Shown: positions 44,195 through 53,633 of the stretch, one piece after another
Layout: the number at the start of each line of letters is the position of its first letter
Numbering within the stretch: the first letter of the stretch is position 1
Notes under the pieces: generated by a model
What the model was told of the DNA's origin: nothing
Databases searched by the model: none
What the model saw: only the letters and a program-made list of their open reading frames with translations
Program-made: the position numbers and the translations under genes
NCBI GenBank assembly: GCA_002478275.1
Contig: DLMY01000003.1
Coordinates: 25,756-89,755 of the forward strand
Reading direction: 5' to 3'
From: Actinobacteria bacterium UBA7524
GTDB taxonomy: Bacteria; Actinomycetota; Coriobacteriia; Anaerosomatales; UBA912
Length of the DNA: 64,000 nucleotides

Positions 44195-46822
44195 CTACCC
44201 TTTCGAGAGACGCCGCCTGTGTTTCGCGATGATGCGGCGCAGATTGGCGAGTTCCTGGTCGCGGCCGACGGCTCGTCCATCGAGACGCGCATCCAGGGCT
44301 TCGGCCAGTATAGCGGAGTAGAGCGGCCCCGGGTCGAGGCCCTCGGCGGTCAGATCATCCCCGTTGACGGCGGGCTTGATCCGGGAGAGCGTATCGATGT
44401 AGTGCTCCACCCTGTGCCGTACAAGCTCGTCGCCGCTCGCCCACAGCCACAGGACCGCCTCATCAGGCAGGGTGCGCAACGCATGGAAGAGCCGGCTGTC
44501 ACGCATCTTGCGGCCATCACGCAAGGTGCGCAGCACAGACGCCCCCTTCTCAGCGACGGCCACGGTCGGTTCGGCGTATTCACGGCCGAAACGCAGATGC
44601 CTCAGCCAGCGTTCGGCTGCCGCGCGGTCCGCACCGGCCGCCATCGACGCCACCAGCGCGACCCTCCTGCGGGGCGCCCGCCTGAACCTCTCGGCGATCA
44701 CTCGGTACGCTCTCTCAACGGCGAACAGCGAATCGATCACCTGGCGCGGGCGTGCGCCGTCGTAGAGGACGATCTGTGTGACGCCCAGGTCCTCAAGTCG
44801 CTCGAAAGCGGCTGCCGGCGAGTCCTCGTCGATGATGTCGAGCATCTCCTCGCGTATCCGCGCGCCGGACACCTCCTCGAGCATCTGCATCTCGACAGCG
44901 CGACGGGCGAGGTCCTCGCTCGAAGCGTCGAGCGCGAACCCATAGCGCTGCTCGAAGCGAGCGGCTCTCAGCACCCTGGTGGGGTCCTCGACGAACGAAA
45001 GAGAGTGCAACACGCGCAACGTACCGCGCTCCAGGTCCTTGAGCCCTCCGAACGGATCGGCTATCTGCCCGAAGCACTCGGGGTTGATGCAGGCCGCCAT
45101 CGCGTTCATCGAGAAGTCGCGGCGGAAGAGGTCTTGCCGCAAGGACGAGCGCTCGACCGTCGGCAAGGCACCGGGACGGGTGTAGTACTCGGTCCGGGCA
45201 CTCGTGATATCCACATGGAGTGAACGGGAGAACACCAGTATCGCCGTCCCGAAACGGCGATGTATCTTGACCCGCAACCCGAAGCGTTCCGCTGCCGACT
45301 GCGCGAAGCGGACCCCGTCGCCTTCGACCACGACATCGACGTCCAGGTTGCGCCTGCCAAGCAACATGTCGCGTACGAATCCTCCGACGACATGCGCTCG
45401 CAGTCCCTCTTCTTCTGCCAGCCTGCCCAGGGCGTCGAGCGCATCGCGCACCTCTCCGGGGAGCAGCGAGTCGACGTTGGCCAGGAACCGGACGGTCGAC
45501 TCCGCGCGAGCCCGGGGGATCCGCCGGTCCAGGTACTCGTCTCCGTGCTCGGCTCGCAGAAGGTCCTTGCGCGTCACGATGCCGAGGAGAACCTGCCCCT
45601 CCATCACAGGTACCCGGCCGATCCCCGCGGTGGCCAGCAGTCGCTCCAACGCAGGCAATCCGGTGTCCGGATCGACCGTGATCACTTCCCGGGCCATGAA
45701 ACCCCGTACAGGAGCGTGATCGAGGTTGTGCCTATGGGCCTTGTCAAAGTCCTTGCGGGTCAGGAGACCCACGAGACGGCCCCCCGATACGACAGGCAGT
45801 CCCCCGTGCCCCCACTTCGCCATCATCTCACCGGCGGAAGCCATCGATTCATCCGGGCCGATCGTACGCACCGGGTCTGACATGATGTCGCGAGCCGAAA
45901 GCGGCGGACGCACCTCGGCCTCGAGCGCGTCTCGTATCCGGGATAGCGCCTCGCCCGTCTCCAGCCTGCGAAAGCCTGCGGAGGCGGCCTGGGCGTGTCC
46001 GCCACCGCCCAGACGTGCCATCACCGCACCGATATCCACCTCATGCAGTCTGGAGCGCGCCACGATCTGGACCCGTTCAGGCATCGCGATGACGGCGATG
46101 GCGACACGAAAGCCCATGTCCTCGACTATGTGGTGCGTCAGGACGCTTGCGCTGTCGACGTACTGGTCGATCACCGCGCAACCGACGGCGACCTGCTGTC
46201 CGTTGACGTCCCAGACCTCAAGCGAAGCCGTCAGCTCCTCGAGCAACGCGGTCTGCTGCGCGTCCAGGGTCCGTGAGAGGAACTGGTTGAGGACTTCGAT
46301 GTCAGCACCGGAACCCATGAGGAACGCCGCCGCCTCGACATCGTACGGGGTGGTGCCCGGATACGTCAGCGACCCGGTGTCTTCGTGAATGCCGAGCAGC
46401 AGCACACTGGCTTCCAGTGGAGTCAACGCGATCCCTCTGCTGTGTATCTCATGAACGAGTATCGAGGTCGTGGCTCCGACCTCCAGCGAACGGTCGTCAG
46501 CTCCGGTGATATCCCCCTCTGCGTGAGGGTGATGGTCGTAGACGATCACCTCGACTCCGGGCCTGTAAGCCACGGGACCGACCTCGCCGAGCCGATCGGG
46601 GTCGCGAGTGTCGACCATGATCAGGCGCGACACGGAATCCAGATCAAGTCCCTTCAGGTCGACGAAGTCGAGGAAGTCCTTGTGCAGGTTGTGAAAGGCC
46701 CGCACGTTGGCGCTCTGAGCGCCGAGGAACACCCCTTTGGCACCCGGGAAGAGCTTCGTCGCGGCGACGGTGGAGGCATACGCGTCGAAGTCAGGATTCG
46801 CGTGTCCCACGACGATCTGCAC
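44195..46822 (-). CDS. Multidomain DHH-DHHA1 / tandem CBS / tRNA nucleotidyltransferase (CCA-adding or poly(A) polymerase family) protein
   Basis: DHH (GHANPDFDAYAS..DHH), DHHA1 (GGGGHAQAASA), two CBS repeats, then the nucleotidyltransferase head (HVVGGFVRDMLLGRRNLDVDVVVEG) and a tRNA-NT body; 875 aa. Confidence 0.8.
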   Translation of the reverse strand: MQIVVGHANPDFDAYASTVAATKLFPGAKGVFLGAQSANVRAFHNLHKDFLDFVDLKGLDLDSVSRLIMVDTRDPDRLGEVGPVAYRPGVEVIVYDHHPHAEGDITGADDRSLEVGATTSILVHEIHSRGIALTPLEASVLLLGIHEDTGSLTYPGTTPYDVEAAAFLMGSGADIEVLNQFLSRTLDAQQTALLEELTASLEVWDVNGQQVAVGCAVIDQYVDSASVLTHHIVEDMGFRVAIAVIAMPERVQIVARSRLHEVDIGAVMARLGGGGHAQAASAGFRRLETGEALSRIRDALEAEVRPPLSARDIMSDPVRTIGPDESMASAGEMMAKWGHGGLPVVSGGRLVGLLTRKDFDKAHRHNLDHAPVRGFMAREVITVDPDTGLPALERLLATAGIGRVPVMEGQVLLGIVTRKDLLRAEHGDEYLDRRIPRARAESTVRFLANVDSLLPGEVRDALDALGRLAEEEGLRAHVVGGFVRDMLLGRRNLDVDVVVEGDGVRFAQSAAERFGLRVKIHRRFGTAILVFSRSLHVDITSARTEYYTRPGALPTVERSSLRQDLFRRDFSMNAMAACINPECFGQIADPFGGLKDLERGTLRVLHSLSFVEDPTRVLRAARFEQRYGFALDASSEDLARRAVEMQMLEEVSGARIREEMLDIIDEDSPAAAFERLEDLGVTQIVLYDGARPRQVIDSLFAVERAYRVIAERFRRAPRRRVALVASMAAGADRAAAERWLRHLRFGREYAEPTVAVAEKGASVLRTLRDGRKMRDSRLFHALRTLPDEAVLWLWASGDELVRHRVEHYIDTLSRIKPAVNGDDLTAEGLDPGPLYSAILAEALDARLDGRAVGRDQELANLRRIIAKHRRRLSKG

Positions 46823-46840
46823 TTCAGGACACCCCTTCCC

Positions 46841-48142
46841 TTACGCGCCGTGGAACAGCGGAGGCGGCATGACCTCGGAGTCGCTGAAGCGGATCGAGTC
46901 AGCGAAACGCCTCTCCGCCTCGGCGAACTTACCTTCACTTGCCGCATACATCATCGCGACGGGCTCACCTGCCGAGACCTGGTCCCCTACGCGGCGCAGA
47001 AGTTGGATCCCGGCAGCCGGGTCGATCCGGTCGCTCGTGGTCGCACGTCCCGCCCCGAGCAACATCGCCGAACGCCCGATGCCCTCAGCGTCGAACGAAG
47101 CGATGAACCCGTCGCTCTGTGAGCGGACCACACGCGACTCGTACGCACGCGGAAGCAACGACGGGTCCTCGACGACATCCGAATCACCGCCCTGCTCACG
47201 TATCCACTTCGCGAATCGTTCCACGGCACTGCCGCTCGAGATCGCCCGCTCCAGCATCTCCCGGGCACCGGCGGCGTCAGAAGCCGCCCGGCCCAGCACC
47301 AGCATGCGTTCGCCCAGCGCGAATACGACCTCTCGCAAGGGATCGGGCCCGCCGCCCTTGAGCACAGCCAGGGCCTCCTTGACCTCAAGCGCGTTGCCGA
47401 TCGCATTGCCCAGCGGCTGGTCCATGTCGGTCAGGAAGGTCTCGACCTCGCTTCCCAACTCCCGTCCGACCCGGCAGAGCTCCGCTGCCAGAGCACGCGC
47501 ATCCGGCTCGGTCTTCATGAACGCGCCGGAGCCGACCTTCACGTCGAGCACTATCGCATCGGCCCCGCCAGCGATCTTCTTGGAGATGATGCTACCCACG
47601 ATCAGCGGGATGCTCGGGACGGTCGCTGTGACGTCGCGTAACGCATAGATCAGCTTGTCCGCCGGGTCGATGTCGGGTGACTGCGCGATCACCGCCACTC
47701 CGATCCTGCGCACCTGGTCGACGAAGCGTTCCTCCGAAAGCTCGACCTGGAAGCCGGGAATCGACTCGAGCTTGTCCAGCGTCCCGCCGGTGTGGCCCAG
47801 CCCCCGGCCTGACATCTTGGCGACCGGGACGCCGCACGCCGCGACCAACGGCGCGAGTATGAGCGTGGTCGTGTCCGCTACGCCACCGGTAGAGTGCTTG
47901 TCGACCTTGACACCAGGTATCGAGGAGAGATCCATCACACGGCCGGAACGAACCATCGCATCGGTGAGCCACACGGTCTCCTCGGCGGAGAGTCCGTTCA
48001 GGTAGGAGGCCATCAGCCAGGCCGACATCTGGTAGTCGGGCATCTGTCCATCTGTGAACCCGAGCACGATCCGAGAGATCTCCTCGGCGGTATGTGTGTT
48101 GCCGTCGCGCTTGACCTCGATGAGTTCCTCGAACGTCTTCAT
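46841..48142 (-). CDS. pdp: Pyrimidine-nucleoside (thymidine) phosphorylase
   Basis: MKTFEELIEVKRDGNTHTAEEI....VDKHSTGGVADTT.L.LAP..A......KMSGRGLGHTGGT.DKLE. ATGA overlap with the deoB stop. Confidence 0.9.
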   Translation of the reverse strand: MKTFEELIEVKRDGNTHTAEEISRIVLGFTDGQMPDYQMSAWLMASYLNGLSAEETVWLTDAMVRSGRVMDLSSIPGVKVDKHSTGGVADTTTLILAPLVAACGVPVAKMSGRGLGHTGGTLDKLESIPGFQVELSEERFVDQVRRIGVAVIAQSPDIDPADKLIYALRDVTATVPSIPLIVGSIISKKIAGGADAIVLDVKVGSGAFMKTEPDARALAAELCRVGRELGSEVETFLTDMDQPLGNAIGNALEVKEALAVLKGGGPDPLREVVFALGERMLVLGRAASDAAGAREMLERAISSGSAVERFAKWIREQGGDSDVVEDPSLLPRAYESRVVRSQSDGFIASFDAEGIGRSAMLLGAGRATTSDRIDPAAGIQLLRRVGDQVSAGEPVAMMYAASEGKFAEAERRFADSIRFSDSEVMPPPLFHGA

Positions 48143-49344
48143 GCGCCACGCACCTCGCCGAGGAAAGATGTCCCGCGCCCACAACGACCTGCCAGTCCGT
48201 AGAAGTCCGCGACCGTCTCACCGATGTCTGCGAACGTGGCACGTGTGCCGAGCGCGACGCCACGGTCCACGCCCTTCAAATGCGCGATCAGCGGCGCGTA
48301 CTCGCGCGAATGATCGGTGGACGGCGTCGTCGGATCACATCCATGGTCGGCGGTGACGATCAGCAGGTCTCCGGGAAGCATCGTCTCGATGAGCTCAGGG
48401 ATGCGCCCGTCGACCTCTTGCAGGCCATTCGCATAACCGCGGGCGTCGTTGCGATGGCCCCATATCATGTCGAAATCGACGAGGTTCGCGAAGACGAAGC
48501 CGGCGTCGGCGTCGTCCCTGACCCGGGCGATGAGGTTGTCGAGACCATGCATGTTGTTCTCAGAGTGCGGGGACTCGCAGATACCACGCCAGGCGAAGAT
48601 CTCTCCGATCTTGCCGATGCCGTACGAGACGATGCCGTTATCGGCGAGGAGGTCGAGGACGGTCGGCTCGAAGGGTGCGAGCGCGAAGTCCCTCCGGCGA
48701 TGCGTGCGTGTGTACATACCCTGCTCGTCGGGGCCGACGAACGGGCGCGCGATGATCCGGCCGACCGCGTGGTCGCCCACGCAGACCCGCTCACGCGCGA
48801 TCTCGCAGATCTCGTAGAGGCGTTCGATGCCGAGGACTTCCTCGTGCGCTGCAACCTGGAACACCGAGTCCGCACTCGTATAGACGATCGGCTTGCCGGT
48901 CGCCACGTGCTCGTCGCCCAACTCCTGGATGATCTCGGTGCCACTGGCGGCGTAATTGCCGAGCCACCCGGCGCCGGTCTCTCGTTCGAACGCTTCCATG
49001 ACCTGGGCCGGGAAGCCATCAGGGTACGTCGGGAACGGCCGGTCCAGCACGACCCCCATCATCTCCCAGTGCCCCGTGGTGGTGTCCTTTCCCGGACTCG
49101 CCTCCGCATTGCGACCCCATGACGCGACCGGAGCCGGCTCAGGCGGCACGCCGAGGATATCCGTGATGTTGCCAAGGCCCATCGCCCCGAGCGCGGGCAT
49201 GTACAGCCCTCCCACAGCGGCGGCGGTGTTGGCAAGGGTGTTGGAGCCTTCGTCCCCGTAGTCGGCGGCGTCAGGCATCGCGCCGGCACCAACGCTGTCC
49301 AGCACGAGCACGATCGCACGCGGTGGTCGAGGCGTCCGGATCAC
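48139..49344 (-). CDS. deoB: Phosphopentomutase
   Basis: ..IVLVLDSVGAGAMPDAADYGDEGSNTL....GKDTTTGHWEMMG......NLVDFDM.WGHRND....TADHGCDPT. The start overlaps the stop of the PilB/MshE-like gene. Confidence 0.9.
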   Translation of the reverse strand: MIRTPRPPRAIVLVLDSVGAGAMPDAADYGDEGSNTLANTAAAVGGLYMPALGAMGLGNITDILGVPPEPAPVASWGRNAEASPGKDTTTGHWEMMGVVLDRPFPTYPDGFPAQVMEAFERETGAGWLGNYAASGTEIIQELGDEHVATGKPIVYTSADSVFQVAAHEEVLGIERLYEICEIARERVCVGDHAVGRIIARPFVGPDEQGMYTRTHRRRDFALAPFEPTVLDLLADNGIVSYGIGKIGEIFAWRGICESPHSENNMHGLDNLIARVRDDADAGFVFANLVDFDMIWGHRNDARGYANGLQEVDGRIPELIETMLPGDLLIVTADHGCDPTTPSTDHSREYAPLIAHLKGVDRGVALGTRATFADIGETVADFYGLAGRCGRGTSFLGEVRGA

Positions 49345-51002
49345 AGGACCACCCGGTCGATCTCCTCGAACGACGTGATGCCGTCGGCGACCTTGTCCAG
49401 CGCATCACGGCGCATCGGTGTCATGCCGGCAGCCAGTGCCAACTGACGCAGCTCCTCGGCAGGGGCATGCTCGAGGTACGCCTGGACTATGGCCTCGTCG
49501 AGCTGCATGACCTCGAAGACCGCGATGCGGCCGCGATAACCGGTGTTGCCGCATTCATCGCAGCCAACGGGCGCGAAGACCTCGACCTTCTTCGACTCCG
49601 CCGCCGTGAAACCCGCCGCAACCAGTCGAGGACCGGTGATCTTGACCTTCTCCTTGCAGGCAGGACACAGCTTGCGGACCAGCCGCTGGGCTATCACACC
49701 CGTCACCGCAGATGACGTGATATAGGGCGGCACCCCCATGTCGCTGAAGCGCGTGAGCGCCGACGGGGCATCGTTGGTGTGTAGAGAGGACAGCACCAGG
49801 TGTCCGGTCAGTGACGCCCTGACCGCGATCTCTGCGGTCTCGGGATCGCGAACCTCTCCGACCATGACGATGTCGGGATCGGCCCGCAGGATCGTACGCA
49901 ACCCAGCCGCGAACGTCAGTCCGATCCGGGGGTTCACCGCCATCTGTGTGACCCCGGCCATCTGGTACTCTATCGGGTCCTCGACGGTGAGCACCTTGCG
50001 AGTGGGATCCGAGAGGACCCCGAGGAGCGCGTAGAGAGTGGTGCTCTTACCCGAGCCGGTCGGACCGGTCACCAGGATCGCGCCATAGGGGCGCTGAAGC
50101 ATGCGCCTGATACACCTGAGGTTGTCCTGGGTGAGTCCGAGATCGTCGATGGAGTGGAAGGAGAGTTCGGAGTTCAGGATGCGCATCGTGATCGACTCGC
50201 CGTACACCGTCGGCACCGTGGCAACGCGGATGTCTACCGGGCGCTCGTCGATGCGGACACTGATGCGTCCGTCCTGTGGACGGCGTTTCTCGGCGATGTC
50301 GATGTCAGCCATGATCTTCACCCGGCTGAGAACGCCCGCACGCGCCGCCAGAGGCAGTTCCATGACGACACGCAAGACGCCGTCCACCCGGTAGCGAACG
50401 GTGAGTGAACGTCGCCCCGGCTCGATGTGTATGTCGCTGGCGTTCTCCTGGACGGCACCGCGGATGAGCTGGTTGACCAGGCGCACCACCGGCACGTCTT
50501 CCGCGGCGTTCACCTCGGCCTCTACGTCGAGTTCCTCCACGCTGTCCACCATCTCCTGGTAGACATCCGCGGATACGACGAACTTCTCGATAGCGTGCCG
50601 GACCTGGGACACTGCTGCTACGACGGGCCTGACGCGCATCCCTGTACGCATCTCAACGTCGTCGATGGATTCGATGTCGAGCGGGTCTGCCATCGCCAGG
50701 ATGAGCGTGTCCTCATCCTCGATCGCTACCGGTATGACATCACGGCGCTTCGCCATGCGCTCGGGAATGAGCGCGGTCACCGCACGGTCGATCGGATACG
50801 AAGTCAGGGAGACGTGTTCGAGACCCTTCTGGGACGCCAGTGCGCCTGCGATCTGGTCTTCGGTCAGCGCAAGCGAACGGACGAGGATCTCACCAAGCTT
50901 ACCGCCGTCCTCGGCCTGTGTCCTGAGGGCCTCTTCGAGCTGACCGGTCCTGATCAGGCCATTGGCCAGCAGAATGTCACCCAATCGCTCACGCTGTAAC
51001 AC
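49341..51002 (-). CDS. Type II/IV secretion-family hexameric ATPase (GspE/PilB/MshE type) with an N-terminal MshEN domain
   Basis: N-terminus RLGDILLANGLIRTGQLEEALRTQ plus KLGEILVRSLALTEDQIAGALASQ, Walker A VTGPTGSGKSTT, Asp/His boxes, and a C-terminal tetracysteine CPACKEK...CDECGNTGYRGR. Confidence 0.88.
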   Translation of the reverse strand: MLQRERLGDILLANGLIRTGQLEEALRTQAEDGGKLGEILVRSLALTEDQIAGALASQKGLEHVSLTSYPIDRAVTALIPERMAKRRDVIPVAIEDEDTLILAMADPLDIESIDDVEMRTGMRVRPVVAAVSQVRHAIEKFVVSADVYQEMVDSVEELDVEAEVNAAEDVPVVRLVNQLIRGAVQENASDIHIEPGRRSLTVRYRVDGVLRVVMELPLAARAGVLSRVKIMADIDIAEKRRPQDGRISVRIDERPVDIRVATVPTVYGESITMRILNSELSFHSIDDLGLTQDNLRCIRRMLQRPYGAILVTGPTGSGKSTTLYALLGVLSDPTRKVLTVEDPIEYQMAGVTQMAVNPRIGLTFAAGLRTILRADPDIVMVGEVRDPETAEIAVRASLTGHLVLSSLHTNDAPSALTRFSDMGVPPYITSSAVTGVIAQRLVRKLCPACKEKVKITGPRLVAAGFTAAESKKVEVFAPVGCDECGNTGYRGRIAVFEVMQLDEAIVQAYLEHAPAEELRQLALAAGMTPMRRDALDKVADGITSFEEIDRVVL

Positions 51003-51067
51003 CTGGGGCTCCTCTCCCGATCACGAACCAGGTATACCGTCGCTTCGCCGGCTCAGCGACGCCGAAG

Positions 51068-51358
51068 TCACGCACGCGCACGGATGACGCTCAGTACCCA
51101 TTCGACGAGAAGCATGACTGCTACCGTGATCGCGGCACTGACATCGAACACGCCACCGTACGGGGTCTTGATGTGTTCTATGCCCGTCGGTAGCGTGAGA
51201 TAGCCACCGAGCCGTACGATCGCCTGACCCCACGACTCGCTCGACAGTGCACCGAAGAAACGAATGACGATGGTGGCGGTGACGATCACCGCGAGGATGA
51301 CGAACACATTCATGACGATCGTTATGAGCGAACGGGTGGACTTCGAAGACACGATCAC
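51068..51358 (-). CDS. Small predicted membrane protein (two hydrophobic segments), function unknown
   Basis: ..LITIVMNVFVILAVIVTATIVIRFF.. and ..VSAAITVAVMLLVEWVLSVI. The alternative-frame 115-aa ORF 51021..51368 looks non-coding (Arg/His-rich). Confidence 0.55.
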   Translation of the reverse strand: MIVSSKSTRSLITIVMNVFVILAVIVTATIVIRFFGALSSESWGQAIVRLGGYLTLPTGIEHIKTPYGGVFDVSAAITVAVMLLVEWVLSVIRARA

Positions 51359-51461
51359 TCCCGGTCATAGCCGCTTGTTCTGCGTGCTTCGATTATGAGT
51401 CGACTGCGCATGGGATACCAGGGGTGAGTCTCGATACGGTCGCCTGCCCGACCGGAAGCAG

Positions 51462-51728
51462 CTATCGAATGGAGTCCGAGACGATCCGTCCGATCATCTT
51501 CTCAGCGACCTCAGCACCGGTCAGCCCGGCTGCACTGAGTTGGCGGCGCGCATGGTCGACTCGATCCTGCCGGGTGTCGGGCACGCCCGCGAGCACTTCC
51601 TGGATCTTCGCGACCAGGTCCGAAGACACACCGTAACGATCCGCTCTGCACTGGCGCGCCGCTTCGCTGCACTCTGGTGTCTGCAGGTACTCGGCGGCAA
51701 GCCGGACCTGCTCGTGTGAAATGATCAT
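51462..51728 (-). CDS. FlgM-like anti-sigma factor candidate (88 aa)
   Basis: The C-terminus RQDRVDHARRQLSAAGLTGAEVAEKMIGRI aligns by eye with the FlgM C-terminal helix region (B. subtilis [31 protein letters not shown]). ATG at 51728 after GGGGAA. Confidence 0.4.
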   Translation of the reverse strand: MIISHEQVRLAAEYLQTPECSEAARQCRADRYGVSSDLVAKIQEVLAGVPDTRQDRVDHARRQLSAAGLTGAEVAEKMIGRIVSDSIR

Positions 51729-52082
51729 GTTCCCCTGAGTATCGGCGCACAGGCAGGTGCACTTTATGGAATCGGTGTGGAGACGGGTCCTCGATCCCCG
51801 ACTTCCTGACGAGCGGTGCTGGGCGCGAGTGATTCGTGATATCCGTCACCGGCCTGGCACGGACGTCCACTGCACAGGTGCTGTACACCATGCGCACCCG
51901 CTCTACCAGGGCGAATTCGGCCCATACAAAGGGGGGAGCCCCAAGGCCGGCACCTTGAGGCTCAGGGGTAAGGGGTTGCACTCGCGTGCAACTCTTGATG
52001 AGATTCTACCCACTTCAAAGGCGTTACGCAACCTTCTTGTGAAGAATTTCTCATCCGAATTGCTCGTCCTGTCCCCCGAACC

Positions 52083-53633
52083 TCAGCCCGAGATCGAGAA
52101 GAAGCTGACCAGTTCCCCGAGTCCGGTGACGATGGGTACGATTCCGACGGCCAGCAGCGCGATTGCGACGACTGCAGCCGTGATCACGGCAAGCCGACCT
52201 CTCATGGGCTCATCGGCACCATCGACGGCCTCCGACTCGTCGCTGGATGCGTCATCTGCTGGATCGAGCGCCTCCCCGGCAACCTCTCCCCGATCCTGAT
52301 CGCTCTCGGTCCGGGTCTCAGCCGCAGGCTCCATGAAGTAGATGGTCTTGAGAACCCTGCCGTAGTAACCGAAGGAGACTACCGACCCGAGCACACCCAC
52401 AACAGCAAGCCACGTGAGGCCTTGCGTGGTCGCCGTGCCAAACACCAGCAGCTTGCCCCAGAATCCTGCGGTCAGCGGGATCCCGGTGAGCGAGAACATC
52501 GCCACTGCGGTGGATGCGGCAAGCAACGGCTTGCGGGATGCGAGTCCTGCCATCGCCGAGATGCTGCCGTCCCACGAATCTTCGCTCTGCTGTATCGCCT
52601 CGGCAACCAGGAACGCAGCGGCCGCGGCAAGGCCGTACGCGGCCATGAGCAACATCGACAGAGCGAAGCTGCGGCCTCCCGTGGCCGTGCCCACCAGCGC
52701 GTAGCCCACCTGCGCGATACCCGAGTAACCTAGCATGCGCGTGTAAGACTCCTGGCGCAGTGCGCCAAGGTTACCGATCACGATCGAACCCGCAGCAAGC
52801 AGGCCGAACACCATCTTGGGCTGCATCGTCGGCGAGACCGCCTGTACGGCGGGATACATCAGGAGACCGGCGATCAGAAAGACGGCCGACAGCGCCCCGA
52901 TCTTAGGCACCGAGGCCAACATCGCCGAGGAGACCGGAGGTGCGGTCTCATAAGCGTCCGGAGCCCAGGAGTGCATCGGAAACGCACCCAGCTTGAACGC
53001 GAGCCCGATGACTATCAGGACGGCCGCGAGCGTCGCCGGAAGGGTGAGCGCCTCGACACCGGCTGCCATCTGGAGCAACGAAGAGCCACTGGCGAGTAGT
53101 CCAGCAGCTATGGCGAGTCCCAGGACGAACAGTCCGGTCGCAGTGGCTCCCTGGATCGCATATTTCATCGATGCCTCGGCAGATGCCGGAGTACGCGCAG
53201 CCGATACAAGCGCGTAGCCGCATACCGCGATGATCTCAAGAGCGACGAGTGAGAGCAGCAGGTCGAGAGATGAAGCCAGCGCCGCGCTCGCTGCTGCAGC
53301 GAAGGTCAGCAAGGCCGCCATGCCGCCGCCTTCAGGGTGCCGTGCAAGAGATTCCCCGCCGCCGATGACCGCGATCGCGGAGATCGCGAACAGCGAGAAC
53401 CATATCCCGAAGAACCCATGGTCGGCCACGAGTACCTCGGCAACGACCTGTCCCGGGGCGGTAGCGTACAACCAGACGCACAGACCCGCAGCACCGGCCA
53501 GCGCCGCTGCGACGAGGGAGATGGCCAGTGCACGACGATGGAGCGCGTCCACGAAGACGGCCGCGATGCCTCCGGCAAGGGCGACGAGCAGAGGAGCGAG
53601 ACTCACCCACCACTGGACCTGCGTCACGGTCAC
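52083..53633 (-). CDS. nuoN: NADH-quinone oxidoreductase subunit N (antiporter-like)
   Basis: Polytopic Mrp/NuoN-type sequence. The GTG at 53633 overlaps the nuoM stop (GTGA); the upstream 85 codons of the track ORF are an Arg-rich overlap with nuoM. Confidence 0.88.
   Translation of the reverse strand: MTVTQVQWWVSLAPLLVALAGGIAAVFVDALHRRALAISLVAAALAGAAGLCVWLYATAPGQVVAEVLVADHGFFGIWFSLFAISAIAVIGGGESLARHPEGGGMAALLTFAAAASAALASSLDLLLSLVALEIIAVCGYALVSAARTPASAEASMKYAIQGATATGLFVLGLAIAAGLLASGSSLLQMAAGVEALTLPATLAAVLIVIGLAFKLGAFPMHSWAPDAYETAPPVSSAMLASVPKIGALSAVFLIAGLLMYPAVQAVSPTMQPKMVFGLLAAGSIVIGNLGALRQESYTRMLGYSGIAQVGYALVGTATGGRSFALSMLLMAAYGLAAAAAFLVAEAIQQSEDSWDGSISAMAGLASRKPLLAASTAVAMFSLTGIPLTAGFWGKLLVFGTATTQGLTWLAVVGVLGSVVSFGYYGRVLKTIYFMEPAAETRTESDQDRGEVAGEALDPADDASSDESEAVDGADEPMRGRLAVITAAVVAIALLAVGIVPIVTGLGELVSFFSISG

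Noticed and set aside
51775-51815. tRNA-like T-arm impression (GGAGACGGGTCCTCGATCCCCGACTTCC)
   Set aside because: No 5-bp T-stem, 7-nt TPsiC loop, acceptor stem or anticodon arm can be drawn. I found no tRNA or rRNA genes anywhere in the window.
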